From positions 62,372,001 to 62,436,000 of the forward strand of contig NC_043009.1 in the NCBI RefSeq assembly GCF_006345805.1: 64,000 nt of DNA, given 5' to 3'. The stretch is from Octopus sinensis (lineage: Eukaryota). Position numbers and translations under genes: made by a program. Below are positions 10,676-24,261 of this stretch, in pieces (within the stretch, counting starts at the first letter, position 1; every line of letters begins with the position of its first letter). The notes under the pieces are model-generated. The model was not told the DNA's origin and did not search any database. It was given only the letters and a program-made list of their open reading frames with translations.

Positions 10676-10819
10676 CTGTATATGTAATATATTTCCTTTT
10701 AAAAGTTATTATATACTCTACTAAAAAGACATGCTGAGTAATCCTTCGGTTTAATGTTAAATAGTTTTGTTTTTGTTTTCATATATAACTTGACATTTAT
10801 ACCAAGACACACACACTCA

Positions 10820-11073
10820 TATGTATGTATATCTGTGTGTATGCGTGTATGTATGTATGTATGTGTGTATGTATGTATGTATGGATGGATGGATGGATGG
10901 ATGGATGGATGGATGGATGGATGGATGGATGGATGAACGTACGTATGGAAACGTTTGTAAATGGGAGACATAGAAAGTAAGCAGACACATACATACATAC
11001 ATACATAAACAGACAGACATACAGGCATGCAGACAGACAGATAGACAGATAGATAGATAGATAAATAGATAGA

Positions 11074-11130
<57 letters not shown>

Positions 11131-11180
11131 GGACAGACAGATGGACAAATAGACAGAAAAATGGACAGATAGATAGATAT
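10820..11180. repeat. (TATG)n/(GGAT)n/(GATA)n/(GACA)n compound microsatellite
   Basis: Direct reading. Confidence 0.9.
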
Positions 11181-11853
11181 GTTTCTTTATTAGCCACACA
11201 GGGCTGCACACAGATAGAACAAATTACAAGGTAGAGCTTTTCTTTTGAAGGTTTAAAAAATAAAAAAAAAATAAAAATAAATAAAATAAAAATAAAATAA
11301 AAAAGGGGGTCGATCAAAGGGGATCATAAAAGGAGAGAAAGAGGACAAAAAAAGGGGGGGGTTAAAGAAAAAGGGGGAGAGGAAAAAAATTGATCAATAG
11401 GGATCGTTATCACAGAAATGTCAATAGAAGTGTAAAGGGGAGGGACAGGTGAGGTTTACCCGTGGAAAGAAAAGCCTACGGAAAAGACCACGGTAACCTC
11501 GGTCAATGAAGTCACATTTTATATTTCTTTTTTTTTTCTTTTTTTTTGCAAATAAGCAACTCTCTGTATTAATTTTTACGGTTCATAGAATCATAGTCAA
11601 GTGGCTTCGTCATTCATACGTGCCATCCTTGCTACATTCACCAATTTTTTTAAAACATTCACTAGACAAAACTTGCCCTCTCTACTCTCACTTTTTTCTT
11701 CAAGTGATACTTGAAGAAGTTGATGAGAGATTGACAGAGAGGAAAGTGTTTGTCTCTAATCCTTTCAGACGCGTCCACCAGATACTTCTTCGCCATAGCC
11801 ACAAGTATGATAAAAATAGCTCTTCTTCCCGTTTGAAGGAAGGAGGCGCGTGA
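11180..11853 (-). mobile_element. 5'-truncated Tx1/L1-clade LINE (ORF2 C-terminus plus 3' UTR)
   Basis: Across frameshifts the minus strand reads APPSFKREGRAIFIILVAMAK..WWTRLKGLETNTFLS.NL..FFKYHLKKKVRVER.VLSSECFKK..VNVARMARMNDEA, then a 3' UTR ending AATAAAGAAAC that runs into (TCTA)n. Confidence 0.75.
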
Positions 11854-11876
11854 CGATATTAACGATAGACTCGGCT

Positions 11877-11927
<51 letters not shown>

Positions 11928-11933
11928 GGATAG

Positions 11934-12033
11934 NNNNNNNNNNNNNNNNNNNNNNNNNNNNNNNNNNNNNNNNNNNNNNNNNNNNNNNNNNNNNNNNNNN
12001 NNNNNNNNNNNNNNNNNNNNNNNNNNNNNNNNN
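11934..12033. other. Assembly gap (100 N)
   Basis: Run of exactly 100 N next to a (GATA)n array; probably a placeholder of unknown size. Confidence 0.98.
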
Positions 12034-13489
12034 AAGAATGGTAATAATATATACTAATTAATCTGTATTGAGATTTTGACATATTTTCTTCGAATTGCAG
12101 TCAATTGTGTCTTGTTTCGAAAAATGAATCTGGCACCGTTTGATGGATTTGGGTAGATATTATGTCCGTGTAACTGAGCACAAGCGTTGAAAAACAGGAA
12201 TTCTACGCAGAAAGTAAATTCTTTTAATTACGATAGGAGATATATATACATAAATGTGTGCGTTTGTTCTTTTGCCAGAAGGTGTTCTCGCGTATGTGTC
12301 TAAGTGTGTGTGTGTGTTTATGTATGTTTATGTACGCGTATCAGTGGGTGGAGAAGATGTAGCTGATTATCCGTGGAACAAGCAGTCTTCTCTGCCAATG
12401 CTTCGACTGTCAAAAGTAAATGTTCTTCTAAGAAAACGAAAAAAAAGGAAAGTAAAGGTATTCTGGCGTGAGCTCTACTCGTGATGAAAGATTGCATAAG
12501 TTATGATGCGATACTTAAAAGCTAAGTTTTGAGAACAGGTTTCATTCTTAGCCGAGGTATTTCGTTTCATATTTGCTTAAAGGTCGCGACTTTTGAGCTG
12601 AGAAAATGTCTTGGAACAATAATGACGATCCTCCAAGAAGTGTAACGATGCTATTTGTTGTGGTCACGCCAACGAATAGATAAGTCATGGTAGTGTTGAG
12701 ATATTCTTGTATAAAACGATGTATATGGTATTCAAAAAGTCTCTCCGCAGTAATTATTGCCAAATAAATATTTATAAAATGATATAAGACTACAAAAGAA
12801 TATATTAGACTTTACAAGACTTTAAAAAACTCTATAAGAGGTGTTGAAAGTGTTGTCCTTCGTTTTCAATACATAAGTTGACTCTTCTGCACATGTTTTG
12901 AAATACATCTCGGAGAGTCTGACTCTTATAGAGTCAGGATGAAAAAATTCACTGCAGAGAGACTTTCTGAACACCCTATATAAATCTATAGGTGTATATA
13001 CAGTGTGTATTTATGTGAATATTACGTTATATATTTATGTGTATATATATGTTACTGTGTATTTGCCTATGTATATTTCTGTTTATGTGCATTTGTGATT
13101 AATTATTTACGTGTTTACATGTGTGGGGGCGTAAGTATGACCGAGTTAGGTTCAGGTCACAATCACGAGATCCCGGTTTCGATCTTATTACGCGGCATCA
13201 TTTTACTACAGCCTCGGGTGTATCAAAGCTTTGTGAGTGAAACTAGGTAAATGGCGGGTAAATTTTACCTGTAATTGAAAGCTTAAGCATTGTGGCACAT
13301 TATAATATCTGATACTGCTTGATAATTTATGTTTAGAGTACACATATTTATAGAATACTCTGTGACCGACACATTTAGTTCACGAGTTGGAGGTTCTGGG
13401 GTAGATCGAGCTTCTGGGGTGGATGGTTTGACGATTTCATCGTCGGCGATCCAACAAATATAGACACACACACATGAGTATGTGTTATA

Positions 13490-13712
13490 GACTAACGCTG
13501 GTCACTGCCTTGTGAGCGGATTTTGTAAACGAAGTCTGCGGGGAATCCCATCCTCTGTGTGTGGGGGGAGGGTTGTGTTTGCTTACGTTCCCCGTAACGT
13601 AACAGTTCGGCAAAAGAAACCGATAGAATAAGTACTAGGCTTTAGAAGAATAACCCTTTAAGGCGGTGCTCCAGAATAGCCGCAGTCAAATGAATGAAAC
13701 ATGTGAAAGAAT
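13490..13712 (+). mobile_element. SINE family A, degenerate partial copy
   Basis: gccttgtgagcggatttt...cccgtaacgtaacagttcggcaaaagaaaccgatagaataagtactagg...ggcggtgctccagaatagccgcagtc. Confidence 0.7.
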
Positions 13713-13756
13713 ATATGTGTGTATATATATATATATATATGTATATGTATAGATAA

Positions 13757-13803
<47 letters not shown>

Positions 13804-13854
13804 TACACACACAATATCTGTGCGTGTATATTATATATATGTTGCATGTATGTA

Positions 13855-13911
<57 letters not shown>

Positions 13912-14038
13912 GTGTGTGTTTGTGTTTGTGTGTGTGTTTTTGTGTGTTAAATAATAAGGTACTAAAAGAGAATGGCTCTCCCCAGACACAATAGACTATG
14001 CTTCAACACACACACACCACACACACACACACACACAC

Positions 14039-14130
<92 letters not shown>

Positions 14131-14597
14131 CACACACATATATATATATATATCTGCCACAATCTACTAAACTCTGTTATTTAGTAACATTTGTTAAATT
14201 GTTTTTAACTTTTTCTCTGCAGTTTTGCTTTATATTGCGACTATGTTCCATCTCCAATGGGTGATAGAAAGTTTATCTGAAAAAGGTTTCAGTCAGTTGC
14301 TATTGTTAAGGCCATAACTTAATTGTCTTACCTAGTGCTACATTAATAATATTACATTGCTGCTTTTGCCCTTGGAATCCCGTATTCCAATTGCCTGATA
14401 TTACGCAGATGTATTCTTCAGCAATAACAAACCGTTGGTACCACGTTAGGCTGTCTAGGCTGGTTACATTAGTTCAACAACAATAAAATAGTATATATAC
14501 AAACATACGTATATACATAAAAAAACATACACACACATATACACATACATACACATACACGCAGGTGCAAATGCACGGAAACTTGCAAACACACACA

Positions 14598-14643
<46 letters not shown>

Positions 14644-14749
14644 GTATATACATGACACTGTCTGGGTATTTCTGAAATTACATTTCTGCACTTTCAGAAT
14701 TACTACAAGAATGAGAAAACAAAGTAAAAAATTTTAAAAACACTCGTAT

Positions 14750-15018
<269 letters not shown>

Positions 15019-15894
15019 GACAATAAGAAGAATGGGAGTAAAAGGATTAGAAGATGAAAAAGCAGAAGCTATTTCTCCACTTCAAAGTAATTTGGCAAAG
15101 AATGCCAGAGGAAAGTTCTTAAAATAGAATCTATAAAAGACTTCAGCATTGTTAGTTTCACTCTGCGAAATAAGACCATCATGTGTCGTACACCAGTTGC
15201 GAAATGTAGAATTTTGAGGAATTTTCCATCAGTCTGTAATATATATATACATAGAAAACGTAGTCGTATAGATCGATAAGACAAGCTTCTAGCTAATTGG
15301 GATCATAAAGAACTTTAAAGCCATGTGATTACACTTAAAGCAGAAGTTCTCAACTATTTTTTTATCTATGGACTCCTTGGATTACTATCCACCCATCACA
15401 GCCATTCCATGTTTAAAATTTAATTTTATAGAAACTTCTTTCAAAATTCCTGTTTTTTCTTCCACACACATTGTGTTGGTTAAAATGTTAGAGAATGAAA
15501 CCCAGCTGTTTCTTGCAATACATACCAATACATACATCTAAAGCAAAACTTTTTCAGGGGCCCTTAAATTACTATTGTGGATCCCCAGTTTACTATTATG
15601 TTGTGTAGATCCCCAAAAATCTTATATGGACCCCGGTGGAGAAACGCTGACTTGAAGCCTTAATATATTTTTTGTAACGTCATACGGTATTATTCTGTTC
15701 TCTCCTTCTATAAATCTAAGGATTGGTGTCTAAGTTATGACATCTCTTATTATGAACAACATCGTAATTTGTGCAGTGTTTTTTTTTTATGTACTTGTTA
15801 CGATATCCAGTTGCTGACTGACTAATTGTTATTGTATCTTGAGATGCATCACTAGAACTACGAAGCGTTTTCGTTTACATTCGCAGTCTCAGAC

Positions 15895-16205
15895 ATTAGG
15901 AAACATGCCACTAACATGACACAACCTCAGCTTTATACACTGGGGCACATACCACAAGAATCAAACATCTCTCCGGCCTCAAATATTGGGTTACAATATC
16001 CCTGACGCAAACACCAGCCCAGTCACACACGTCGAGTTACATTCCCCAGACACTAACGCTAGTCCAGCCTCAAACATTGGAGCACATACCACAAGGGCAA
16101 ACACCAGACCAGTCTCTCACAACATTGGGCTTCATGATCCTAGACACAAACACCAACCCCTATTTCAAACATTGGGTAACATGCCACAGGTAAACACTCC
16201 TCTTG
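15895..16205 (+). repeat. Degenerate ~45-bp tandem repeat with coding-like 15-aa periodicity
   Basis: About 6 units ending (c)aaacatt/aaatatt-gg; translations GYNIPDANTSPVTHV / ELHSPDTNASPASNI / GAHTTRANTRPVSHNI. Confidence 0.55.
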
Positions 16206-16439
16206 GTATCTGGATATCTTCAAAGTGGAGTTTCGAGTGTTCTACATCATACGGTGAATACACCGACCATAAATCATAAAGTATGTCTCTTGTATGTTTA
16301 CCATACATATGTCCAACACAGAAAATGGATACTGAAAAATACAAAGAGACAAACAAAAGGTCAACATCAGAACAATGCAGTTCCATACATTTGGCATTAT
16401 GTTCTCTTTGTTAGATTGGTTAATCTACGTTATTCTTTC

Positions 16440-16667
16440 AGAAGCATAGTGCCGGTCTTCCGGTTTCTCTGATGTGTATTTCCCCCCCCCCTGGATGGGA
16501 CACCGGTCCGTCGCAGGATTACTCACTTTTGCCAGCTGGGTGTGGACTGGAGAAACGTGAAATGAAGTGTTTTGTTCAAGAACACAACGCATCGCTCGGT
16601 CCAGGAATCAAAACCACACTCTTACGATCATGACCCTAACATCCTAACCACTAAGCCATGCACCTCC
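16440..16667 (-). mobile_element. tRNA-derived SINE family C
   Basis: Minus strand starts GGAGGTGCATGGCTTAGTGGTTAGG (A box) ...GTTTTGATTCC (B-box-like), then TTCTTGAACAAAACACTT...GTCCCATCCAGGGG. Homologous to 41770-41950. Confidence 0.8.
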
Positions 16668-17050
16668 AAATGTTCTCTTACTTATATTTTTTTATTGAGC
16701 TAATTTATTTCTATATATATTTAGCCTGAAGTAAAATGGGAAAAAAGAACCATGATTGTTTACGAATCTAAGGTAGACAGGAATGATTCATTGTTTATTT
16801 GATATAAGACAGAAGTGAAGATCGCCTGGCTGTTTATTTAGTCTAACGAATAGAGGAAAGATCTGTAGTTGTTTATTTATCTAAGGCTGTGGTTCTCAAC
16901 CTGGGTCCATATGGCTCTTGGAGGTCTATATACGATTTTTTTTTTCAAAATTTATGAGCAATAAACTACTTCAACTTCGACAATACACCAAATGTTTTAA
17001 CAATGTTTTTTTATACAAATTCAAATAATATTTAACATTGAAAATACACT

Positions 17051-17232
17051 CTTTTGCTGTGATCATGCTGGAGAACCGCCTTTAGTCGAGCAAATCGACC
17101 CCAGGACTTATTCTTTGTAAGCCTAGTACTAATTCTATCGGTCTCTTTTTGCCGAACCGCTAAGTTACGGGGACGTAAACACACCAGCATCGGTTGTCAA
17201 GTGATGTTGGGGGGACAAACACAGACACACAA

Positions 17233-17290
<58 letters not shown>

Positions 17291-17476
17291 TATATATATA
17301 TATATAGATATATACGACGGATTTCTTTCAGTTTCCGTCTACCAAATCCACTCACAAGGCTTTGGTCGACCCGAGGCTATAGCAGAAGACACTTGCACAA
17401 GGTGCCACTTAGTGGGACTGAAGCTGAAACCATTGGTTTAGTAAGCAGCTACTTACCACACCGCCACTCCTACGCC
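17051..17476 (-). mobile_element. tRNA-derived SINE family A, full length with internal (CA)/(TA) microsatellite
   Basis: Head GGCGTAGGAGTGGCGGTGTGG..., core CCTTGTGCAAGTGTCTTCTGCTATAGCCTCGGGTCGACC, tail GGCGGTTCTCCAGCATGATC. Confidence 0.9.
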
Positions 17477-17968
17477 TATATATATATATATATATGACTT
17501 TTTTTTATATACATATGATTTTTTTAAACATCGAATGACTCGGATGGTCCCTCCGAATAAAAGAGGAATCAAAGGCCCTAGGTAGGAATGGCTGAGGACC
17601 ACAGATCTAGGTGAACACGAAGATCGATACAGGCCTTTACAAATTAGTGAGGTTGGTGTGTGGTTGACTTTTAAAACTGGAATCCCTTTAGAAGGATAAG
17701 GATAAGTTTCTGGCGAAGGAAGAACTGGGCGAAGTATTTTGTCAGAGGCTGAGATATTACAAAGACGGTAAGATAGCAAGGTGGTCGCATCAGATGGTAG
17801 GCAGTTTACTAGCGTAGAAGAGCAGGAGCTTATGTAGTAGATACAGAGGAGGAAACAAGAGAGGCCACAGCAAGTATATGGGGGTTTATGGTTGTAGTAT
17901 GTAAGCGTCAGTCTGAGAATTCTTGCTACTCGGTCAGATGATCTTTAGATGAGGTTTAAAATTTTTGT

Positions 17969-18011
<43 letters not shown>

Positions 18012-18915
18012 CAGCAGCAGCAGCAGCTGTTGTTGTGGGGTGTGCTGGTGCTACTGATGGTGGTGGTTGTAGCAGTGTTGATCGTGATTGTAGTCAACGT
18101 GTGGCGGTACGTGATGGGGGTGGGATGAAGGGGTAGTAGTAGTAGTGGTAGTTAGTAGTAGTAGTAGTGTAGTAGTGGTGGTGGTGGTAGTAGTAGTAGT
18201 AGTAGTATTAGTAGTAGTAGTAGTAGTAGAGTATAGTAGTAGTGTGTGGTAGTAGTTTAGTGTGTAGTAGTAGTAGTATAGTAGTAGTAGTATTAGTAGT
18301 TGTCCTCGCGTATGTACCATGCGTTCGACTGTGGCGGCGCGGCTCACACTGAACTTGTCCCTCGAAACAAGGTCAGTTGGCACAATCTGATCAGAAATAT
18401 CATTTTTTTTTTTTTTGTTTTTGTTTTTGTTTTTGGTCTTAAAGATGAGTCTTTGGCTTAGAACTACATAGCACCAACCATGTAATAATGACTCATTGAT
18501 TCCTGTGTATACGTGTGTGTCTGTTTGCGTGTGCGTGCGTGTATGTGTGTGTGCCTGTTTGTATGAAACCTGTGTGTATGCATACGTTTGTCGGTGAACA
18601 CGACTGTATGTTGGTGACTGTGTAGGCGTTTGTGACTAGGAATATGTACATACGCAGTTACACAGACACACACACACACCATACATACATTATATATACA
18701 TATATATATATATAATATATATATATATATATAATATATATAATATATATTATATATATAATACATACACGCTGACACACCTATACGAGACGGTCTCATG
18801 CCCACAGACAAACACAGACCAAACCGTTTCTGGCACCAAAAGTGTTGCTGAATACATATGCAGTTGCTTTGGTAGAAAGATGTTCGGCTTACAGTAAACG
18901 GCAATCGATAAACCA

Positions 18916-18946
<31 letters not shown>

Positions 18947-18980
18947 CACCACCCGCACACACACACACACACCACACACA
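17290..18980 (+). repeat. Tandem segmental duplication, copy 1 (~1.69 kb)
   Basis: Near-identical to 18986-20650 (offset 1690 at tatacgacgg, 17311 vs 19001). Confidence 0.92.
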
Positions 18981-18985
18981 CACAC

Positions 18986-19663
18986 ATATATATATAGATA
19001 TATACGACGGATTTCTTTCAGTTTCCGTCTACCAAATCCACTCACAAGGCTTTGGTCGACCCGAGGCTATAGCAGAAGACACTTGCACAAGGTGCCACGT
19101 AGTGGGACTGAAGCTGAAACCATGTGGTTGGTAAGCAAGCTACTTACCACACAGCCACTCCTACGCCTATATATATATATATATATGACTTTTTTTTATA
19201 TACATATGATTTTTTTAAAACATCGAATGACTCGGATGGTCCCTCCGAATAAAAGAGGAATCAAAAGGCCCATAGGTAAGGAATGGCTGAGGACCACAGA
19301 TCTAAGGTGAACACGAAGGATCGATACAGGCCTTTACAAATTAGTGAGGTTGGTGTGTGGTTGACTTTTAACTGGAATCCCTTTAGAAGGATAAGGATAA
19401 GTTTCTGGCGAAGGAAGAACTGGGCGAAGTATTTTGTCAGAGGCTGAGATATTACAAAGACGGTAAGATAGCAAGGTGGTCGCATCAGATGGTAGGCAGT
19501 TTACTAGCGTAGAAGAGCAGGAGCTTATGTAGTAGATACAGAGGAGGAAACAAGAGAGGCCACAGCAAGTATATGGGGGTTTATGGTTGTAGTATGTAAG
19601 CGTCAGTCTGAGAATTCTTGCTACTCGGTCAGATGATCTTTAGATGAGGTCTAAAATTTTTGT

Positions 19664-19727
<64 letters not shown>

Positions 19728-19870
19728 CAGCAGCAGCAGCTGTTGTTGTGGTGGTGGTGCTGGTGCTACTGATGGTGGTGGTTGTAGCAGTGTTGATCGT
19801 GATTGTAGTCAACGTGGTGGCGGTACGTGATGGGGGTGGGATGAAGGTGGTAGTAGTGATGATGGTGGTT

Positions 19871-19944
<74 letters not shown>

Positions 19945-19960
19945 TGTGGTAGTAGTTGTG

Positions 19961-20025
<65 letters not shown>

Positions 20026-20429
20026 TGTCCTCGCGTATGTACCATGCGTTCGACTGTGGCGGCGCGGCTCACACTGAACTTGTCCCTCGAAACAAGGTCA
20101 GTTGGCACAATCTGATCAGAAATATCATTTTTTTTTTGTTTTTGTTTTTGTTTTGGTCTTAAAGATGAGTCTTTGGCTTAGAACTACATAGCACCAACCA
20201 TGTAATAATGACTCATTGATTCCTGTGTATACGGTTGGTCTGTTTGCGTGTGCGTGCGTGTATGTGTGTGTGCCTGTTTGTATGAAAACCTGTGTGATGC
20301 ATACGTTTGTCGGTGAACACGACTGTATGTTGGTGACTGTAGGCGTTTGTGACTAGGAATATGTACATACGCAGTTACACAGACACACAACACACACACA
20401 ACATACATTATATAATATATAATATATAT

Positions 20430-20475
<46 letters not shown>

Positions 20476-20624
20476 TACATAATACACGCTGACACACCTA
20501 TACGTAGACGGTCTCATTGCACACAGACACGTTTCTGGCACCAAAAGTGTGTGCTGAATACCAGATGCAGTGGTCTTTGGTAGAAAGATGTTCGGCTTAC
20601 AGTAAACGGCAATCGATAAACACA

Positions 20625-20650
<26 letters not shown>
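18986..20650 (+). repeat. Tandem segmental duplication, copy 2
   Basis: Same order of SINE head, unique 450-bp block, (TAG)n arrays and TA/CA blocks; differences are mostly 1-2 nt indels. Confidence 0.92.
19003..19167 (-). mobile_element. SINE family A 5' half (duplicated with the tandem unit)
   Basis: Near-identical to 17313-17476. Confidence 0.85.
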
Positions 20651-20709
<59 letters not shown>

Positions 20710-21454
20710 ATACACACACACACACAGAGGCTTACTTTCTCCATCCCTGTCTCTCCTTTTCTCTCTATCTCTCTCTCTCTTTCTCTCCCTCTCTTTCCCT
20801 CACACACTCACACACATGCCTCCGCACATTCACACATACACTCACATGCACACACACACAATCACATCCTCACACACGCTCATACATATATACACACATA
20901 CATACATACATACACAGGCACACACGCACAAAAGCATGCATACACACACATAACCACACAAACATACACATCCTCACTCACACACATACACAGACACACA
21001 CACGCGTGCACACAGACATATATATTTGCGTGTGTGATTGTGTGTGTGTGTGTGTGTGTGTAGACACATACACACACACATATACACGTACAGATACACA
21101 CATACATCGTACATCAGAGTGACTGCTGCACCTACCTCGTCATCATCGTGGCCCCCGCCGCCGCCATTGCCACCGTCGTCGTCGTCAGTACCGCTGCAGC
21201 GCAGCATCCGCTGCAGTAGTCGTTGCAGCAGCCAGCAGCACCATCAGCTGCCGCTGCAACAACTGACAGCTGATATTACATAGTTGAAGAATTAATACAC
21301 TTGTCCTAAATATGTTGCTACACCCTCCCTACTTCCCCTCCTCCGCCCCCACCCACCTATGCACATCAACATAGCAAAGTTATTTTTTGGGCGTTTCTAT
21401 GACAACGAATTCTATCAGATTTATTTGTTGCTGTTGCTGTTGATCCTTCCGATG

Positions 21455-21459
<5 letters not shown>

Positions 21460-21490
<31 letters not shown>

Positions 21491-21770
21491 GCAGTAGCAT
21501 TGGTGGTGATGGTGGTGGTGGTGGTGGTGGTGGTGGTTTTGGTGATGGTTGTGGTAATGGTGATGGTGGTGGTGGTGGTGGTGTGGTGGCGGTGGTAGTG
21601 GTTTTGGTGATGGTTGTGGTGGTGGTGGTAGTGGTAGCGGTGGTGGTGGTGGTGGTGGTTATGGTAGATGTGGTGGTGTTGTGTCTGTTGTTGTTGATGT
21701 CTTTTTTTCTTATTGTTGCTATTTCTGTTGTTGTTGTTGTGTTGTGGTGGTGGTGGTCGTCGTCGTTGCT
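21460..21770. repeat. (GAT)n/(GGT)n/(GTT)n trinucleotide tract
   Basis: Direct reading. Confidence 0.9.
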
Positions 21771-22076
21771 ATAGTAATGAACCCGTTGTTGTTGTTGCTG
21801 TTGCTGCTGCTGCTGTTCTTGTTACGGGAGTGATTTGGTAGAAAATGGTACAAATTCACTGCCTATTTTCCGTCATTTATCCCTTTTACGAGACGAGTTC
21901 AGATCTCAAATAAACCCTCACGGGACCGATAAACATATACACACAGACAGACACATTTATAGGTAAATATATACATGTATATATACTTCTAGTTTACTGT
22001 TCCGTTATAAACACGATCAACAAAAAGTATTTCAACCAGTGAGTAGCTTAAAACGGAACAGTGTCTATATACATAT

Positions 22077-22079
<3 letters not shown>

Positions 22080-22116
<37 letters not shown>

Positions 22117-22238
22117 TAGATAGATAGAAAGATAGAGAGAGAGAGAGAGCGATAATAGATAAATAGATAGACAGATAGATAGAGAGAGAGAGAGAGATAA
22201 TAGATAGATAGAGAGAGAGAGAGCGAGAATAGATAAAT

Positions 22239-22270
<32 letters not shown>

Positions 22271-22480
22271 GAGAGCGAGAATAGATAAATAGATAGATAG
22301 AAAGATAGATAGATAGATAGATATAGATAGATAGATAGATAGATAGATAGATTAATTGATTGATTGATTGATAGATAGACAAACATACATGAATACATAC
22401 ATACGTATGTATGTATGTATGTATGTATGTAATGTATGTATGTAATGTATGTATGTATGTATGTATGTATGTACGTACGT
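22080..22480. repeat. (GA)n/(GATA)n/(TATG)n compound microsatellite
   Basis: Direct reading. Confidence 0.9.
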
Positions 22481-22869
22481 ACTTGCTTGCTTGCGTGTGG
22501 CTTTCTATCGAATATGATAATGACTATATTAGCTTTCCACCCTCGTTCCTTTAATGATTGCGCTTCTTAAAGAGCAACCACAACATGGCTGTCATCAACT
22601 ACGAGCAACGAAATGGCCATACTTTCTCAACACAGACACGCGTGATATATTGACCACCGTAGCAACGAACATCTTCAAACTGAGCTTCAAAGTCCGGGAT
22701 CCACATTACAGGAATTAATCCTTGTGCAATGGAGCGTTATTGTGACGTCAAATGGGAGTATTTCCCAGTATTTCTGTCTCCGCTAGGGAGGAGATAGATC
22801 AAGGGGAAACACTGACATAAAACCGATTAGATAAATTCTTCTGTCCACTAAAGGCTGCCACGAACCAAG

Positions 22870-23270
22870 TCTATTGAAAACCGCTTGAACTTGACACCCA
22901 CCACATCCCTAAATTGTTTTTCTCTCGGGAGGTACCCCCTCAACCTTTGTTTTGGGATTCACCTACATAGCAGGAGAACAGTGCAAACTGGTTGTCCCCC
23001 ATCACGGTTAAGGGTCCCCATCACGGCTAAGGTGTTCTTTCTATCCCTCACCAAGACAGGTATTCTAGTAAGAAATAGAAGTCCATGACTCCCAAGCGAT
23101 CTCAGAGCGCTCTTGTTTCACCTGTTGAGTACTTTTGTGTCCCCCGTGTGCTGTTGCTAAGCCAGTCGTTGACACTATACTGGATCCATCTGTCTTCTGT
23201 TTTTGAACAGATTTCGTTTCTGTCCTGCTGGGTTTCTGGCAACTCTCCTCATCAAGCAAACCAGTTTAGT
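22870..23270 (-). mobile_element. Probable degraded LINE ORF1-like fragment
   Basis: Higher-GC unique block with a broken reading KNTLAVMGTLNRDGGQPVCTVLLLCR*IPKQRLRGYLP; weak recollection of Tx1-type ORF1 only. Confidence 0.3.
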
Positions 23271-23599
23271 TGCCGATGATTCGACCGTGTAGCAGGTTGT
23301 TCTAGCTTACATATTACCAGCACCACCAGATCAACCGCCGCACACAAACACACACACAAACACGTGTATATGTATATTTATGCATATACACACATCGCAC
23401 ACACAAACACACAACACACACACACACACACATACTTCATATTCAAATTCCTGTACGTACACATATACACACTAAGAAACATATGTTTAAAACGTACGCA
23501 CATACATTTATATACATAAAAGTATGAAAGAAAGAAAGAAAGAGGAAGAAATGAGATGAAAGTATATATAGTATAGAAAATATGTGAAGACATGAAAAA

Positions 23600-23825
23600 T
23601 GAAGTCTTCCTGATACGTGTGGACCTCCAATGGAGGCCAATCAAGGAACCTTACACATTCCGCATCACATTTACCACCAACTGCACACGCATTCGTTCAA
23701 ATGATGGTCGCCCAAATACAGGCGCATGCTTAGAGTAATTCCATTCATCCTAACCATTCTTTCCACATTCAGCCACCTCTTGACAAATTCGTTAGGGGAG
23801 AGCACTTCTCTCTCCGTCGTCGGCG
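23600..23825 (-). mobile_element. Tx1/L1-clade LINE 3' fragment (second subfamily)
   Basis: EREVLSPNEFVKRWLNVERMVRMNGITLSMRL aligns by eye with the C-terminus at 11600-11700 (ER.VLSSECFKK..VNVARMARMN). Confidence 0.65.
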
Positions 23826-24200
23826 TCGTCATCGCGTATCGGACACCTGCAGCGCATTGATGACACAACAACGGAAGTCTTCCCGATCAAGCGCCAATTC
23901 TTCATCTACCTTGCCACCCTTGTCCAACCAGTCCGTGATATTGTCCACGCATGGCTTTCTTTGCCTGCCTCTTGATCTACTACCTTTTGCGCTTCCTTCC
24001 TTTGTTTTTTTTAGATATGACATTATAGATGAGTTCTTTATCAATGTTCAGAAGTTGTCGTCTTTCACTTATTTGTTGCAACATCCTTTTATTTGCCGAC
24101 CGTCCTTACAAGAAACTCGTAACATTCTCCTATAAACTCACATTTCAAACGCAAACTGTTCTCTTCAAATTTGTTCAGAGTTCATGCTTTGCAACCATAA
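23826..24200 (-). mobile_element. RTE-clade LINE 3' end
   Basis: KGSRSRGRQRKPCVDNITDWL...LALDREDFRCCVIN matches the RTE ORF terminus GKRSRGRQR..W.D.I..W....A.DR..WR; a short GACGAC-type tail follows. Confidence 0.75.
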
Positions 24201-24261
24201 ATTCCTATTTGCCGTCTGCACCCTTCATAATAGTTTCAAATTTTTGCACAAAACCAGCAAG

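Noticed and set aside
12548-12763. Unique-sequence ORF as a possible host exon
   Set aside because: No recognisable motif and no convincing splice sites; within the length expected by chance.
15540-16960. hAT-like ends at about 15635-15650 and 16887-16901 as one element
   Set aside because: They are in the wrong order and orientation to enclose an element; treated as unrelated eroded fragments.
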